From NCBI RefSeq assembly GCF_000940845.1, contig NZ_CP010341.1:2370001-2402000 (forward strand): a stretch of DNA of 32,000 nt, in the 5' to 3' direction. Position 1 is the stretch's first letter; each line of letters begins with the position of its first letter. Positions 1 to 8,942 of the stretch are shown one piece after another. The stretch is from Propionibacterium freudenreichii subsp. freudenreichii (GTDB taxonomy: Bacteria > Actinomycetota > Actinomycetes > Propionibacteriales > Propionibacteriaceae). The notes beneath the pieces are model-generated. The model ran no database searches. It saw only the letters and a program-made list of their open reading frames with translations, and had not been told where the DNA came from. Made by a program: the position numbers and the translations under genes.

Positions 1-662
1 GCGGTGGCGCTCACCTGCAACGGACCCGAGATGTTGATGCACCCGGCGGAGACCGCGTCGCGCGAGCCCACCTGCACCGGAATCGACTCCCCGGTGATGG
101 CCGAGGTGTCCAGCGAGCTGGCGCCGTCCCGCACGACGCCGTCGGTGGCGACGCGCTCGCCGGGGCGCACCAGCAGGAGGTCACCGACCTGCAGCTGCGA
201 CGCCTCGACGTCGGTCGGCTTGCCGTCCACCAGCACGGTGGCCGTCTTCGGGGTGAGCTCGAGCAGGGCGCGCAGGCCGCTGCGGGCCCGGTCCATGGCC
301 TTGTCCTCAAGCGCCTCGGAAATGGAATACAGGAAGGCCAGGGCGGCGGCCTCGGCCACCGCACCCAGGATGACCGCACCGATGGCGCTGATCATCATCA
401 ACAGGCTGATGCCCAGGCGTCCCTTCAGCAGGGCCCGCAGGGCACCGGGCACGAAGGTCGACGCGCCGAGCAGCAGGCCGGCCCAGTAGAGCACCAGCGA
501 GGCCGTATTGGCCTGGGCCAACGCGCTGACGAAGCCCGCGGCCAGCAGCACGCCGGAGCCGATCGGGAAGATCACCTCACGGTCGCGCCACCAGGCGAGC
601 TCGTCGTGGTCGTCCGCGCCGGCGGGCGCATCGTGGTCGCAGCACTGCGTTGCGGAGCTCAT
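1..662 (-). CDS. Heavy-metal (Cd/Pb/Zn-type) translocating P-type ATPase, N-terminal ~220 codons; the rest lies beyond the window start
   Basis: Missing from the ORF track because it runs off the edge. My translation from ATG 662-660 gives MSSATQCCDHDAPAGADDHDELAWWRDREVIFPIGSGVLLAAGF..., a Cys/His/Asp-rich head followed by TM helices. It continues into the actuator-domain stretch LLVRPGERVATDGVVRDGASSLDTSAITGESIPVQVG, which carries the TGES motif. The start overlaps the cmtR stop (ATGA at 659-662). Confidence 0.85.
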   Translation of the reverse strand, partial: MSSATQCCDHDAPAGADDHDELAWWRDREVIFPIGSGVLLAAGFVSALAQANTASLVLYWAGLLLGASTFVPGALRALLKGRLGISLLMMISAIGAVILGAVAEAAALAFLYSISEALEDKAMDRARSGLRALLELTPKTATVLVDGKPTDVEASQLQVGDLLLVRPGERVATDGVVRDGASSLDTSAITGESIPVQVGSRDAVSAGCINISGPLQVSAT

Positions 663-1009
663 GCCCGGGCCTCCAATTCGATCGGCTGGTCGGCCTCATT
701 GAGGCAGGAATCGGTGGGTGTCACATCGAGCGCCACCTGCGCGAGCTGCACCAGGGCCGCCGACAGGTGCGCGCCGGCAATGGCATAGCGCACCCGGCGC
801 CCCTCATAGGTGGCACTCACCAGGCCGCAATCGCGCAGGCAGGCCAGGTGGTTCGACACATTGGCACGCGACAGCTCCAGGTGCTCGGCCATCTGCGCCG
901 GATAGACCACGCCGTCGACGATAGCCAACAGCAGGCGGCACCGCGTGGGATCGGCCAGGGCATGGCCCACCCGCGCCAGAGCCTGTTCGCGCGTCTCATG
1001 AATCATCAC
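659..1009 (-). CDS. cmtR: ArsR/SmtB-family metal sensor, CmtR-like (Cd/Pb-responsive repressor)
   Basis: The 116-aa winged-HTH protein is almost collinear with M. tuberculosis CmtR as I recall it (ALARVGHALADPTRCRLL, SNHLACLRDCGLVSATYEGRRVRYA). The sensory Cys pair (LACLRDCG) and a C-terminal Cys (DSCLNE) are present. It is translationally coupled to the downstream ATPase. The start is GTG 1009 or ATG 1006. Confidence 0.9.
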   Translation of the reverse strand: MMIHETREQALARVGHALADPTRCRLLLAIVDGVVYPAQMAEHLELSRANVSNHLACLRDCGLVSATYEGRRVRYAIAGAHLSAALVQLAQVALDVTPTDSCLNEADQPIELEARA

Positions 1010-1194
1010 GGACGCAATAGTAAACCCTCGGCTGAACCATCACAACGGATTCCCATGCCGGACGCCGCCCCACCCGCGCCCCGCTCCCCAGCACGCATTC
1101 GATCCGAGCCGCCCCAGTCGGTAGGGTCGGGCAGGTTATGTGGCTCCCCTCATTCTTCAGCCGCACGTTCGGACGCGCGGGCAATAATGGCCGA

Positions 1195-1683
1195 ATGGCA
1201 TCTGCTCCCGGACACGTGCGGGTTCGCCCCTACATGGACTCCGACGCCGGCATCACGCGGTCGATCTTCCTGCAATCGGTCACGCTCACCGCTGCCGAGG
1301 ACTACACGAAGCAGCAGATCGACGCCTGGGCCTCGCCCCAGGACCGCCCGCTTGACGAGTGGAACCGCGACCGGCAGGAATCGGGCACCCTGGTGGCCGT
1401 GGTGGCCGGCGTGGTGATGGGCTTCACCGACATCCGCGAGACCGGCTACATCGACATGTTGTTCGTCTCGCCCAAGTTCGTGCGTCGTGGCATCGGCTCG
1501 GCGCTCCTGCGGGAGGCCGAGAACCGGGCGCGCATCGCCAAGGCACCCCTGTTGTACTCGAATGTGAGCATCACGGCGCGTCCCTTCTTCGCCCACCACG
1601 GCTTCGTGGAGGTGGCCGAGCAGCACCCGATCATCCACGGCGTGCAGGTGAAGAACTACCGGATGAACAAGCACCTGTTCTGA
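1195..1683 (+). CDS. GNAT-family N-acetyltransferase
   Basis: Contains the acetyl-CoA binding motif region FVSPKFVRRGIGSALLREAENRA (Q/RxxGxG/A type) and has typical GNAT length. The track ORF begins at 1138, but ATG 1195 (MASAPGHVRVRPY...) gives a normal N-terminus. Confidence 0.85.
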   Translation: MASAPGHVRVRPYMDSDAGITRSIFLQSVTLTAAEDYTKQQIDAWASPQDRPLDEWNRDRQESGTLVAVVAGVVMGFTDIRETGYIDMLFVSPKFVRRGIGSALLREAENRARIAKAPLLYSNVSITARPFFAHHGFVEVAEQHPIIHGVQVKNYRMNKHLF

Positions 1684-1753
1684 CGAAGCCCGTCGCCCGG
1701 GCCGGGGCCAACGTTGCGGGCAGGTCCGCCGCAGCCAGCAGCGCTGGACGCCA

Positions 1754-2308
1754 TCACCCCTTGTCGGGGCCGGATTCCTCGTCGGCGCTCGCCTGCGGGG
1801 CACCCTGCGTCCCGGGCTCCTGCCCACCATGGTTGCGGCGCTGCACGGCATTGAAGTACTTCGCGTCCAGTGGCACCAGCCGACCGTCCGACTCCTTCAG
1901 CACGAACAACGGCACCCACAGGGTGTCGGGCAGCTTCTGGTTCATCTCGCCCACCACGACACCCACCCGGGTGAGCGTCACATCGTGGCGATAGCTGCCC
2001 TCATAGGCCGAGCCCTGCCGGATGGCGGTGGCGTAGGCATTGCGGTCCTCGGGCTCGTTGAGCACCCCGTCGCGGGTGACCTCCACCAGCATCGACTTCA
2101 CCGGCTTCGTGCCCTTCTGCAGGCCCACCACGATCGGCAGCATCAACAGTCCCTGCGCGCGACCCACCGGGTCGGACTCGCGGGCCAGCTCGGCGAAGTC
2201 CGCCGCCACCGGCGTCACCTCGTCGCCCTCACGCACGGCAACCTCACCGTCCGCCTGCACCAACACCGGGTGCAGGTCGATCTTCAGATGTTGCGGCTCA
2301 TCAGCCAT
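1754..2308 (-). CDS. Hypothetical protein (184 aa), family not recognised
   Basis: ATG at 2308 is preceded by a strong RBS (GGAGGAA, 5-6 nt upstream on the minus strand). The composition is protein-like and unlike the Arg/Pro-rich shadow ORFs. The C-terminus is an acidic, low-complexity tail. Confidence 0.7.
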   Translation of the reverse strand: MADEPQHLKIDLHPVLVQADGEVAVREGDEVTPVAADFAELARESDPVGRAQGLLMLPIVVGLQKGTKPVKSMLVEVTRDGVLNEPEDRNAYATAIRQGSAYEGSYRHDVTLTRVGVVVGEMNQKLPDTLWVPLFVLKESDGRLVPLDAKYFNAVQRRNHGGQEPGTQGAPQASADEESGPDKG

Positions 2309-2390
2309 GGCATTCCTCCACCCACTCGTCGCACATCCCAGCCCAGGGACCCCCGGTACCCGACCTCCCCGACGCTAGTTCGACGCGGGC

Positions 2391-2735
2391 TCACAAATCG
2401 GCCGTCTCAAGCTGGCGCGCCACGGCCTCGCGTGCCTCCTGCAGGTGCCCTATGCGCTCGTCGATCTGCGAGAGCTGGCGCACCAGTGCCTGCCGGGTGG
2501 CGTCGCAGAAGGTCGTCGCCTCGTCGGCAAGGCAGGGCGACAGCCGCTTGAGCTGCTCACTGGTGAGCCCGATCGCGAACAGGGCATGGACGCGTCGGGC
2601 GCGCGCCACGTCACCCGCGTCGTAGTCGCGGTAGCCATTGGACAGCCGCCGGGCCGCGAGCAGCCCCATGTCGGTGTAGTAACGCACCTGGCGGGTGCTC
2701 AACCCCGCCACCTCGGCGAATTCCCCGATGCGCAT
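2391..2735 (-). CDS. MerR-family transcriptional regulator
   Basis: N-terminal HTH MRIGEFAEVAGLSTRQVRYYTDMGLL, then a coiled-coil dimerisation helix and a Cys pair (SPCLADEATTFC). An RBS (GGGGAG) lies upstream. It is divergent from the MFS gene. Confidence 0.9.
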   Translation of the reverse strand: MRIGEFAEVAGLSTRQVRYYTDMGLLAARRLSNGYRDYDAGDVARARRVHALFAIGLTSEQLKRLSPCLADEATTFCDATRQALVRQLSQIDERIGHLQEAREAVARQLETADL

Positions 2736-2791
2736 GCCACTCCCCCATCGATGCCCCGTCCCGAATCCGTGGATGGGCTCCGGACGCCGAC

Positions 2792-2813
2792 TTGACCTTC
2801 ACACTGATGTCAA
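2792..2813. promoter_or_regulatory. Candidate MerR operator: dyad TTGAC-N12-GTCAA in the merR/MFS divergent intergenic region
   Basis: TTGACcttcacactgatGTCAA: the two 5-bp arms are exact reverse complements, and each arm reads as a -35-like TTGAC(C/A) on its own strand. I could not find convincing -10 hexamers at MerR-typical 19-20 bp spacing. Confidence 0.35.
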
Positions 2814-2829
2814 CGTTTGCGTTACCGCT

Positions 2830-4020
2830 GTGAAACGCATTCCAGTCCTGTCCTTTGCGGTGATGTTCCTGGTGGCCACCGACACCTTCCTGGTGGCACC
2901 GCTGCTGCCCGATCTGACGCGCCGCTTCGGGAACTCACCGCGCATCGCCGGATGGATGGTCTCGGCCTATGCCATCGGCTATTGCCTCACCGCGGTGTTC
3001 TCCGGGCCGATCTCCGATCGCTTCAACCGGCGCAATGTGTTGTTCGCGGGCACCATCGCCTTCTGCGTGGCCACCTTCGCCTGCGGGCTGGCCTGGTCGT
3101 TCCCGGCCATGCTCGCGCTGCGCTTCGCCACCGGGGTGGCCGCGGCAGTGGGCAGCCCGCAGATCTGGGCGGCGATCCCCCAGCTCGTGGCCCCCAGCAG
3201 GGTCGTCGCGACGATGGCCGCCCCCACCGCCGGCCTGACGATCGCCCAACTGGCCGGCGTGCCGGTCGGCAGCTTCCTGGCGGCCGTGTCCACCTCGACG
3301 CCCTTCTTCGTGGTGGGGGCGGTGGCGGCCCTGGTGGCGATCGCGGTGGGGATCTGGTTCCCCTCGGTGCCACCGACCGGTCACTCCGGCGGCATCATCG
3401 CCCAGTACGCGGGCCTGTTGCGCACGCCCCATGCGCCCACCCGGTTTGCCGCCTACCTGGTGTTCCAGTTGGGCAACTTTGCGGTGTTGTCCTTCGCGGC
3501 CACCTGGTTCGCCCGTGGCTTCGGGCTGAGCGTGTCGGGGATCGGCGTGGCCATGATCGTATTGGGCGCCGGCAACACCCTGGGTGCCGTCGTGGGGCCG
3601 CGCATCGTGCGTCGCGTCGGGCAGGGACGCACCCTGGCGGTGGCCATGGCCTGCTATCTGGTGGGTTACCTCGCGCTGCCCTTCAGCGCGGGCATCGTGG
3701 CCGCCGCCGCGATCCTGTCGGGCACCTTCTTCCTGGGCGGCACGATCTTCCCGGTGTTCATGGGCCTGTTGCAGTCGTTGACCACCACGGCGCGCGGCAC
3801 GGTGTCGGCGTTGGCCAATATGTTCATGTACCTGGGCTCCACCATCGCGGGGATCATCGGCGGGCCCCTGCTCGCGGCCCTGCCGGGCTTCTGGGGCATC
3901 AGCCTGCTGGCCATGGTGGCCATGGCCGCGTCGCTGGGACTGTGGGCCGCCTCGGGTTCACTGCGCCGCATGCCGGCGTCCGCCGCACGGGGGTCACGCA
4001 CCGAACCGGCCACCGGCTAG
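2830..4020 (+). CDS. MFS transporter (drug/H+ antiporter-like, about 12 TM)
   Basis: Hydrophobic 12-helix pattern with the MFS loop motif GPISDRFNRRNVL (GxxxDRxGRR-like) between TM2 and TM3. The track start at 2695 would overlap merR, so GTG 2830 (VKRIPVLSFAVMFLV...) is the first plausible in-frame start. Confidence 0.85.
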   Translation: MKRIPVLSFAVMFLVATDTFLVAPLLPDLTRRFGNSPRIAGWMVSAYAIGYCLTAVFSGPISDRFNRRNVLFAGTIAFCVATFACGLAWSFPAMLALRFATGVAAAVGSPQIWAAIPQLVAPSRVVATMAAPTAGLTIAQLAGVPVGSFLAAVSTSTPFFVVGAVAALVAIAVGIWFPSVPPTGHSGGIIAQYAGLLRTPHAPTRFAAYLVFQLGNFAVLSFAATWFARGFGLSVSGIGVAMIVLGAGNTLGAVVGPRIVRRVGQGRTLAVAMACYLVGYLALPFSAGIVAAAAILSGTFFLGGTIFPVFMGLLQSLTTTARGTVSALANMFMYLGSTIAGIIGGPLLAALPGFWGISLLAMVAMAASLGLWAASGSLRRMPASAARGSRTEPATG

Positions 4021-4045
4021 GCGATCCCCGTGATTGCATGAGGCC

Positions 4046-4735
4046 ATGCCAACCGCCGTCGTACTGCAGCATGTCGCCTTCGAGGACCTCGGGCTGTTCG
4101 CGCCACGCCTGCGCGCACGCGGCTATGGGCTGCAGGTGTTGCAGGCTGGCGTCGACGCCCCCGAGCCCCTGGTCGACGCCGACCTGGCCGTCGTGCTGGG
4201 TGGGCCGCTGGGGGCCCGTCCCGACGCCGAGTTCCCGTGGATGGCCACCGAGCTGGAGGCCCTCACCAGGCGGGTGCAGGCCCGACGCCCGACGCTCGGC
4301 ATCTGCCTGGGTGCGCAGTTGATGGCCGCGGCGCTGGGCGCCAGCGTCGAGCCCATGGGGGTCAAGGAGATCGGCTATGCACCGCTCACGCTGACCCGCG
4401 AGGGTGCCGATTCGCCGCTGTCGGTGCTCGGCAGCGCCCCGGTGCTGCACTGGCACGGCGATCGCTTCGGCCTGCCGGACGGCGCCGAGCTGTTGGCGTC
4501 CACCCCCACGTGCGACCACCAGGCATTCCGGCTGGGACCCAACCTGCTGGGCCTGCAGTTCCATCCCGAGGCCGATCCGGCACAGATCGAGCGCTGGCTG
4601 ATCGCCTACGACGACGAGCTCAACGCGGCGGGCATCGCCCCGCATGCGCTGCGTGACCGGGCGCGCACCGACGGCGTCGCCACGGCCCGCGTGGCACCCG
4701 GACTGGTGGACGCCTGGCTCGACCAGCTGGCGTGA
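4046..4735 (+). CDS. Class-I glutamine amidotransferase-like protein (GMP-synthase-type GATase1 domain)
   Basis: Nucleophile elbow LGICLGAQLMA and the C-terminal LGLQFHPE motif, which together supply the Cys-His-Glu triad. The start is uncertain between TTG 4034 and ATG 4046. Confidence 0.8.
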   Translation: MPTAVVLQHVAFEDLGLFAPRLRARGYGLQVLQAGVDAPEPLVDADLAVVLGGPLGARPDAEFPWMATELEALTRRVQARRPTLGICLGAQLMAAALGASVEPMGVKEIGYAPLTLTREGADSPLSVLGSAPVLHWHGDRFGLPDGAELLASTPTCDHQAFRLGPNLLGLQFHPEADPAQIERWLIAYDDELNAAGIAPHALRDRARTDGVATARVAPGLVDAWLDQLA

Positions 4736-4780
4736 GCCGGCCCCTGGACGGGATCGGGCTCGTGGGGTTGGCCGACCCGC

Positions 4781-4786
4781 TAGTCT
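4781..4786 (+). promoter_or_regulatory. Possible -10 hexamer TAGTCT upstream of prs
   Basis: Matches the actinobacterial TANNNT -10 pattern, 27 nt upstream of ATG 4813. The same CTAGTCT word occurs upstream of the mutarotase gene at 13305-13311. No good -35 was seen. Confidence 0.25.
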
Positions 4787-4812
4787 GCTGAGTATCCGGC
4801 CTTGCCGAAAGG

Positions 4813-5799
4813 ATGGCAGTGAAGGACATCATCGTGTTCTCCGGCTCAGCCCATGAGCCATTTGCCGAACAGGTCTGCCAGCACCTGGGGGTGCGACTGT
4901 CTCCTGTGAACATCTCCCGGTTCAGCAACGACTGCCTCCAGGCGCAGCTGCTGACCAATGTGCGCCAGCGCGATGTGTACATCGTGCAGCCGCTGGTGCC
5001 GCCCACCCAGGACCACCTCATGGAGCTGCTGCTCATGGTCCAGGCCGCCCGGGGTGCCTCGGCCGACCAGATCACCGCGGTGATACCGCACTATTCGTAT
5101 GCGCGCTCCGACAAGAAGGACGCCTCGCGCATCAGCGTCGGCGGCCGCCTGGTGGCCGACATGCTGAGCACCGCCGGCGTCGACCGCGTGCTCACCATGC
5201 AGTTGCATGCGCCGCAGGTGCAGAGCTTCTTCTCGGTGCCCGTCGACCAGCTCACCGCCATGGGCGTGCTGGCCCGCTACTTCCAGGAGCACTGCGAGAA
5301 CTCCGTGGTGGTCAGCCCCGACTTCGGCAACGCGAAGAGCGCGTCCACCTTCGCCCGCCTGCTGGGCGTGCCGGTGGCCGCCGGCAGCAAGCGACGCCTG
5401 GGCGACAACAGGGTGGTGATCGACACCATCGTGGGCGACGTGGTGGGCAAGCACTGCATCGTAATGGACGACGAGATCGCCACCGGCGGGTCGATCCTTG
5501 AGCTGGTGCGCAAGTTGAAGGACCAGGGTGCGGTGGACGCATCGGTCACCTGCACGCACGGACTGTTCGCCGGCAATGCGCTGGAGAAGCTGTCGGGCGA
5601 GAAGTTCATCACCGAGATCGTGTCCACCGATACCGTGCCGGAGCCGGCCGAGCACTGGCCCGAATTGCACGTGCTGTCAGTGGCCCCGCTGTTCGCCGAG
5701 GCCATCGATCGCATCCACAACGGCAAGTCGGTGAGCAAGATGTTCGAGGGCATCGATCCGGTCTATGCACCCCCGAAGGGCCAGGAGGGCCTGTTCTGA
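4813..5799 (+). CDS. prs: Ribose-phosphate pyrophosphokinase (PRPP synthetase family)
   Basis: 328 aa with Prs hallmarks: VIPHYSYARSDKK (flexible loop), LHAPQVQSFF, and the PRPP/ribose-5-P loop IVMDDEIATGGS. Confidence 0.9.
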   Translation: MAVKDIIVFSGSAHEPFAEQVCQHLGVRLSPVNISRFSNDCLQAQLLTNVRQRDVYIVQPLVPPTQDHLMELLLMVQAARGASADQITAVIPHYSYARSDKKDASRISVGGRLVADMLSTAGVDRVLTMQLHAPQVQSFFSVPVDQLTAMGVLARYFQEHCENSVVVSPDFGNAKSASTFARLLGVPVAAGSKRRLGDNRVVIDTIVGDVVGKHCIVMDDEIATGGSILELVRKLKDQGAVDASVTCTHGLFAGNALEKLSGEKFITEIVSTDTVPEPAEHWPELHVLSVAPLFAEAIDRIHNGKSVSKMFEGIDPVYAPPKGQEGLF

Positions 5800-5845
5800 G
5801 GTCCACCGGGCGCCTGTCGCGACGACATTCCGCAATCTGGCGCGG

Positions 5846-5893
5846 GATGGGGGCGGGCTGGGCGCCAACGTCGGTGCCCAACCCGCCCCCATC
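5846..5893. terminator. Bidirectional stem-loop (21-bp stem, 6-nt loop) between convergent prs and hdeD-like genes
   Basis: GATGGGGGCGGGCTGGGCGCC aacgtc GGTGCCCAACCCGCCCCCATC: 19 Watson-Crick pairs, one G:T and one mismatch. There is no U-tract, so it is the I-shaped type common in high-GC actinobacteria. Confidence 0.6.
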
Positions 5894-5949
5894 TCCATGT
5901 GACGACCATCCACGCACGGTTGTTCCCGCGCGAAGACCGTCCAGCCGCC

Positions 5950-6561
5950 TCAGTGCTGGGCGCGCAGCACCTCCCGACCGAAGGTGAAGGCACGCACCAG
6001 CGAGACGATGCCCATCACCACCATCGAGGCGCCGGTGAACACCATGAGCATCACGGCCGACCAGGCGGGCGTCACCAGCACGATGATGCCGGCCAGCAGC
6101 GAGATGATGCCGAAGGCGATGGCCCAGCCCCGTGACTGGGCACTGCCCGATTCCAGCAGCGCGAGCACGCCCTCCATGATCCAGGCGACACCAATGATGA
6201 TCGCCACCACCACCAGCAGCGTCTCGCCGGACAACCCGGGATTGCGCATCATCACGACGCCGCCGAGGATGAACAGCACCCCGAACAGGATCGACAACAG
6301 GCGCGACCCGACATGGATCAGCGGGGTCACCAGCGCCATCACGATGCGGATCACGCCCTCGACCAGCAGGTAGGCGCCCAGGATCACCGCGAGCGCGATG
6401 ATCGTCTTGCCGGGCCATGCGAGCAGGGCGATGCCCAGGCCCAGGGCCAGCACGCCCAGCAGCGCGAAGCTGGCGCGCACCGTGGTGATGGCCCGCCGGG
6501 TGAGGTCGGGTGCATTGAGACGGAAGACGTCCCAACCGGACAGGTGTGATTGATCAGTCAT
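5950..6561 (-). CDS. HdeD/DUF308-family membrane protein
   Basis: Six predicted TM helices with repeated G-rich helix pairs (LLGVLALGLGIALLAWPG, LFGVLFILGGVVMM, AFGIISLLAGIIVLVTP) typical of DUF308. ATG 6561 (MTDQSHL...) is preferred over the track start at 6648. Confidence 0.8.
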   Translation of the reverse strand: MTDQSHLSGWDVFRLNAPDLTRRAITTVRASFALLGVLALGLGIALLAWPGKTIIALAVILGAYLLVEGVIRIVMALVTPLIHVGSRLLSILFGVLFILGGVVMMRNPGLSGETLLVVVAIIIGVAWIMEGVLALLESGSAQSRGWAIAFGIISLLAGIIVLVTPAWSAVMLMVFTGASMVVMGIVSLVRAFTFGREVLRAQH

Positions 6562-6731
6562 GACAACTCCAGACGGATGGACGCTCCATCCGAATACAAC
6601 GTTATCGACCTTCGTCACGCGATAGCACGGGCGGCCACCCGCCAGCAATCGGCGTCAATCAGCTTGATGACGCGATAATCACGCGTCCCGGCGTTGCCCG
6701 ACCGGAATTGTCGTCGCCTGACCGGAATCGT

Positions 6732-7550
6732 TCAGCTTGCGATGAGGCCCACCCGGGTGGGGATCTCCTGGCGCTGGCCGCCCACGTGACGGATGTGCAG
6801 GTCGTTCTTCTCGTCGGCGCTCTCGGTGCCGTCGGCGGTGGTGCCGAGCACCTGCAGCTGGGTGCGGTAGGCGCGCAGGGCCTCGACCACCACGTCGCGC
6901 GACCGCACGTCATCGGGGGCGAACCATGCCGCCCCGGGCACCTCGGCGGTGGGGTCGGAGACGATCTGGATGCACGGGATGCCGACGTTCTTGGCCGCCG
7001 CGCTGACCACCTGGTGGGTGCGCAGGTGATCGGGGTGGCCGTAGCTGCCGGCGTCGTCGTAGCTCACCACGGCCGACCATTCGCGCTGGCGCAGCCCCGT
7101 GATGAGGTCCTCGATCTCCTCCTTCTTCGGCGACTTGGTCAGCGAGATCGGACTCGCGTCGGGCGCGGGCCCGGCTTGCGTCGGCGTGACCCACACCATG
7201 CCGGAATCGAGGTAGTGGCGTCCCTGCTGGGCCGGTGCCCGGAACGGCGCCTCGCCCAGGAAGTACTGCTTGCGCACCCCGAGCAGGTCGCAGGCGGCCT
7301 CGAGCTCGCGCTCACGCTGCACCACCAGTTGGTCCTGGGTGATGCCGGCGGGCAGCACCCCGGGCACCACTTCGCCACGTTCGCCGCGGGTGCAGGTGAG
7401 CAGGTCAACCCGGGCGCCCGAGTCGGTGAGCCCGGCGATCAACGGACCCGTCTCCAGGGTCTCGTCGTCCGGATGGGCATGCACCACCAGGAGCGACAGC
7501 CCGGCCGGCTTGTTCATGATCTGGTCGATGATTTCTGCAGCAGTGCTCAT
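6732..7550 (-). CDS. mshB: PIG-L/LmbE-family N-acetylglucosaminyl deacetylase, MshB-like
   Basis: Motifs LLVVHAHPDDE, LTCTRGERGEV and SYGHPDHLRTH match the MshB/Mca zinc-deacetylase signature. ATG 7550 overlaps the stop of the upstream GT4 gene (ATGA). Confidence 0.8.
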   Translation of the reverse strand: MSTAAEIIDQIMNKPAGLSLLVVHAHPDDETLETGPLIAGLTDSGARVDLLTCTRGERGEVVPGVLPAGITQDQLVVQRERELEAACDLLGVRKQYFLGEAPFRAPAQQGRHYLDSGMVWVTPTQAGPAPDASPISLTKSPKKEEIEDLITGLRQREWSAVVSYDDAGSYGHPDHLRTHQVVSAAAKNVGIPCIQIVSDPTAEVPGAAWFAPDDVRSRDVVVEALRAYRTQLQVLGTTADGTESADEKNDLHIRHVGGQRQEIPTRVGLIAS

Positions 7551-8776
7551 GCCCTGTTCCCCTCATTGAATGCGGCGATGACTCGTCGATAGCTGTCTTC
7601 CAGGCCCTGTGCCATCACAGTCCAGGTGTGTTGGCAGGCGAACTCGCGGGCAGCGCGGGTGAGGCGCTGGCGCAGGGCGCCGTCGTTGCGCACCGATTGG
7701 GCGGCCGCTGCCCAGCTCGCGGGGTCGCGGTCGTCAAGCAGGATGCCGGTCTTCCCGTCGAGCACGGCCTCGGGGATGCCGCCGGTGCGGGCGGCGATCG
7801 GCGGCACGCCGCTGGCCTCGGCCTCCAAGCAGATGATGCCGAAGGTCTCCGAGTAGCTCGGGTTGATCAGCGCGCAGGCGCCGCGCAACATGCTGGCCAG
7901 CTCGTCGCGGCTCTGCGAGCCCAGGAATGTCACCTTGTCGGTGAGGCCCAGCTCGCCCACCAGCGCATGCAACGACGCTTCGTAGTCGGCGAAGTCGGCC
8001 GATGCCTCGCCGGCCACGATCAATTGCGGACGATCGTATTCGGGGATCTCGGCCATCATCCGGATGGCGAGGTCGGGGCCCTTGAGCGGTTGCAGGCGGG
8101 CGGCGAACAGGAAATAGCATCCGCCGGTGTCGTCCCAGGCCCAGTGGCGTTGGCCGGCGCGCAGTGGATGGAACTGCTCGGTATCGACGCCGGGATGCAC
8201 CACGTCGATGCCGTCGAAGCGGTGGTATCGCAGCTCGACGGCCCGACGCTCGGCGTGGCTCACGGCGATCACCAGGTCGGACTCGCGCGCTGAGAGGGCC
8301 TCGCCGGCGACGCGGCCGGGTGACTCGGCGGGCTCGCCGTCGGCCAGGCTGGTGGATCCGCTGGGCGCGGCCACCGAGTGGAAGCTCTGTACATGGGGCA
8401 GTCGCCACTGGCGGGCGAGTGGCAGTGCGGCCACCCCGCTGAACCAGTGGTGGGAATGGATCACGTCATAGTTTCCGGGCAGGCGGGCCATGGCGGCACG
8501 GAACGGCTCGATGAGCTCCTCCGACGCGCTCTTGGCCATCGGGTGCGGCGGACCGGCGTCCAGGTTGAGCAGTCGCACGCCCTCGGCCAGCTGCTCGACG
8601 GCCGGTTCGCCGGGATGGTCGCGGCGGGTGATCAGGTCGACCTGGTGGCCGGCGGCGGCCAGCGCCAGGGCGGCATTGAGCTCCACGACGTTCATGCCAC
8701 CGGCGTCCGCCGATCCCGGAGAGGCAATGGGGGACGTATGGAGCGACACGAAGCCGATGCGCAGGCCCTCGCCCAT
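7547..8776 (-). CDS. mshA: GT4 glycosyltransferase, MshA-like (D-inositol-3-phosphate N-acetylglucosaminyltransferase family)
   Basis: SLHTSPIASPGSADAGGMNVV corresponds to the MshA signature HTSPLAQPGTGDAGGMNVY. The C-terminal GT-B motifs PSYSETFGIICLEAEASGVPPIA are also present. ATG 8776 with RBS GGGAGGA is preferred over the track start at 8950. Confidence 0.85.
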   Translation of the reverse strand: MGEGLRIGFVSLHTSPIASPGSADAGGMNVVELNAALALAAAGHQVDLITRRDHPGEPAVEQLAEGVRLLNLDAGPPHPMAKSASEELIEPFRAAMARLPGNYDVIHSHHWFSGVAALPLARQWRLPHVQSFHSVAAPSGSTSLADGEPAESPGRVAGEALSARESDLVIAVSHAERRAVELRYHRFDGIDVVHPGVDTEQFHPLRAGQRHWAWDDTGGCYFLFAARLQPLKGPDLAIRMMAEIPEYDRPQLIVAGEASADFADYEASLHALVGELGLTDKVTFLGSQSRDELASMLRGACALINPSYSETFGIICLEAEASGVPPIAARTGGIPEAVLDGKTGILLDDRDPASWAAAAQSVRNDGALRQRLTRAAREFACQHTWTVMAQGLEDSYRRVIAAFNEGNRA

Positions 8777-8942
8777 GGTGCCCCCTGTCCTCCCCCAAGC
8801 ATTCCAGTCCTCCTTCAAGCATTCCACATCACCGTGCACGCGGCGAGGGTGAACAACCAGCATCCGCGCAGGGCGCAGCAGCGGCGGGTCCGGGCGCTCC
8901 CGGCGGGTATCACCGGCCGGGGACGCGCCGGGCCCTAGGCTC

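Noticed and set aside
4-489. A 161-aa plus-strand ORF at the window start
   Set aside because: It is antisense to the P-type ATPase reading frame, which has clear TGES/actuator-domain motifs, and it has no recognisable motifs of its own.
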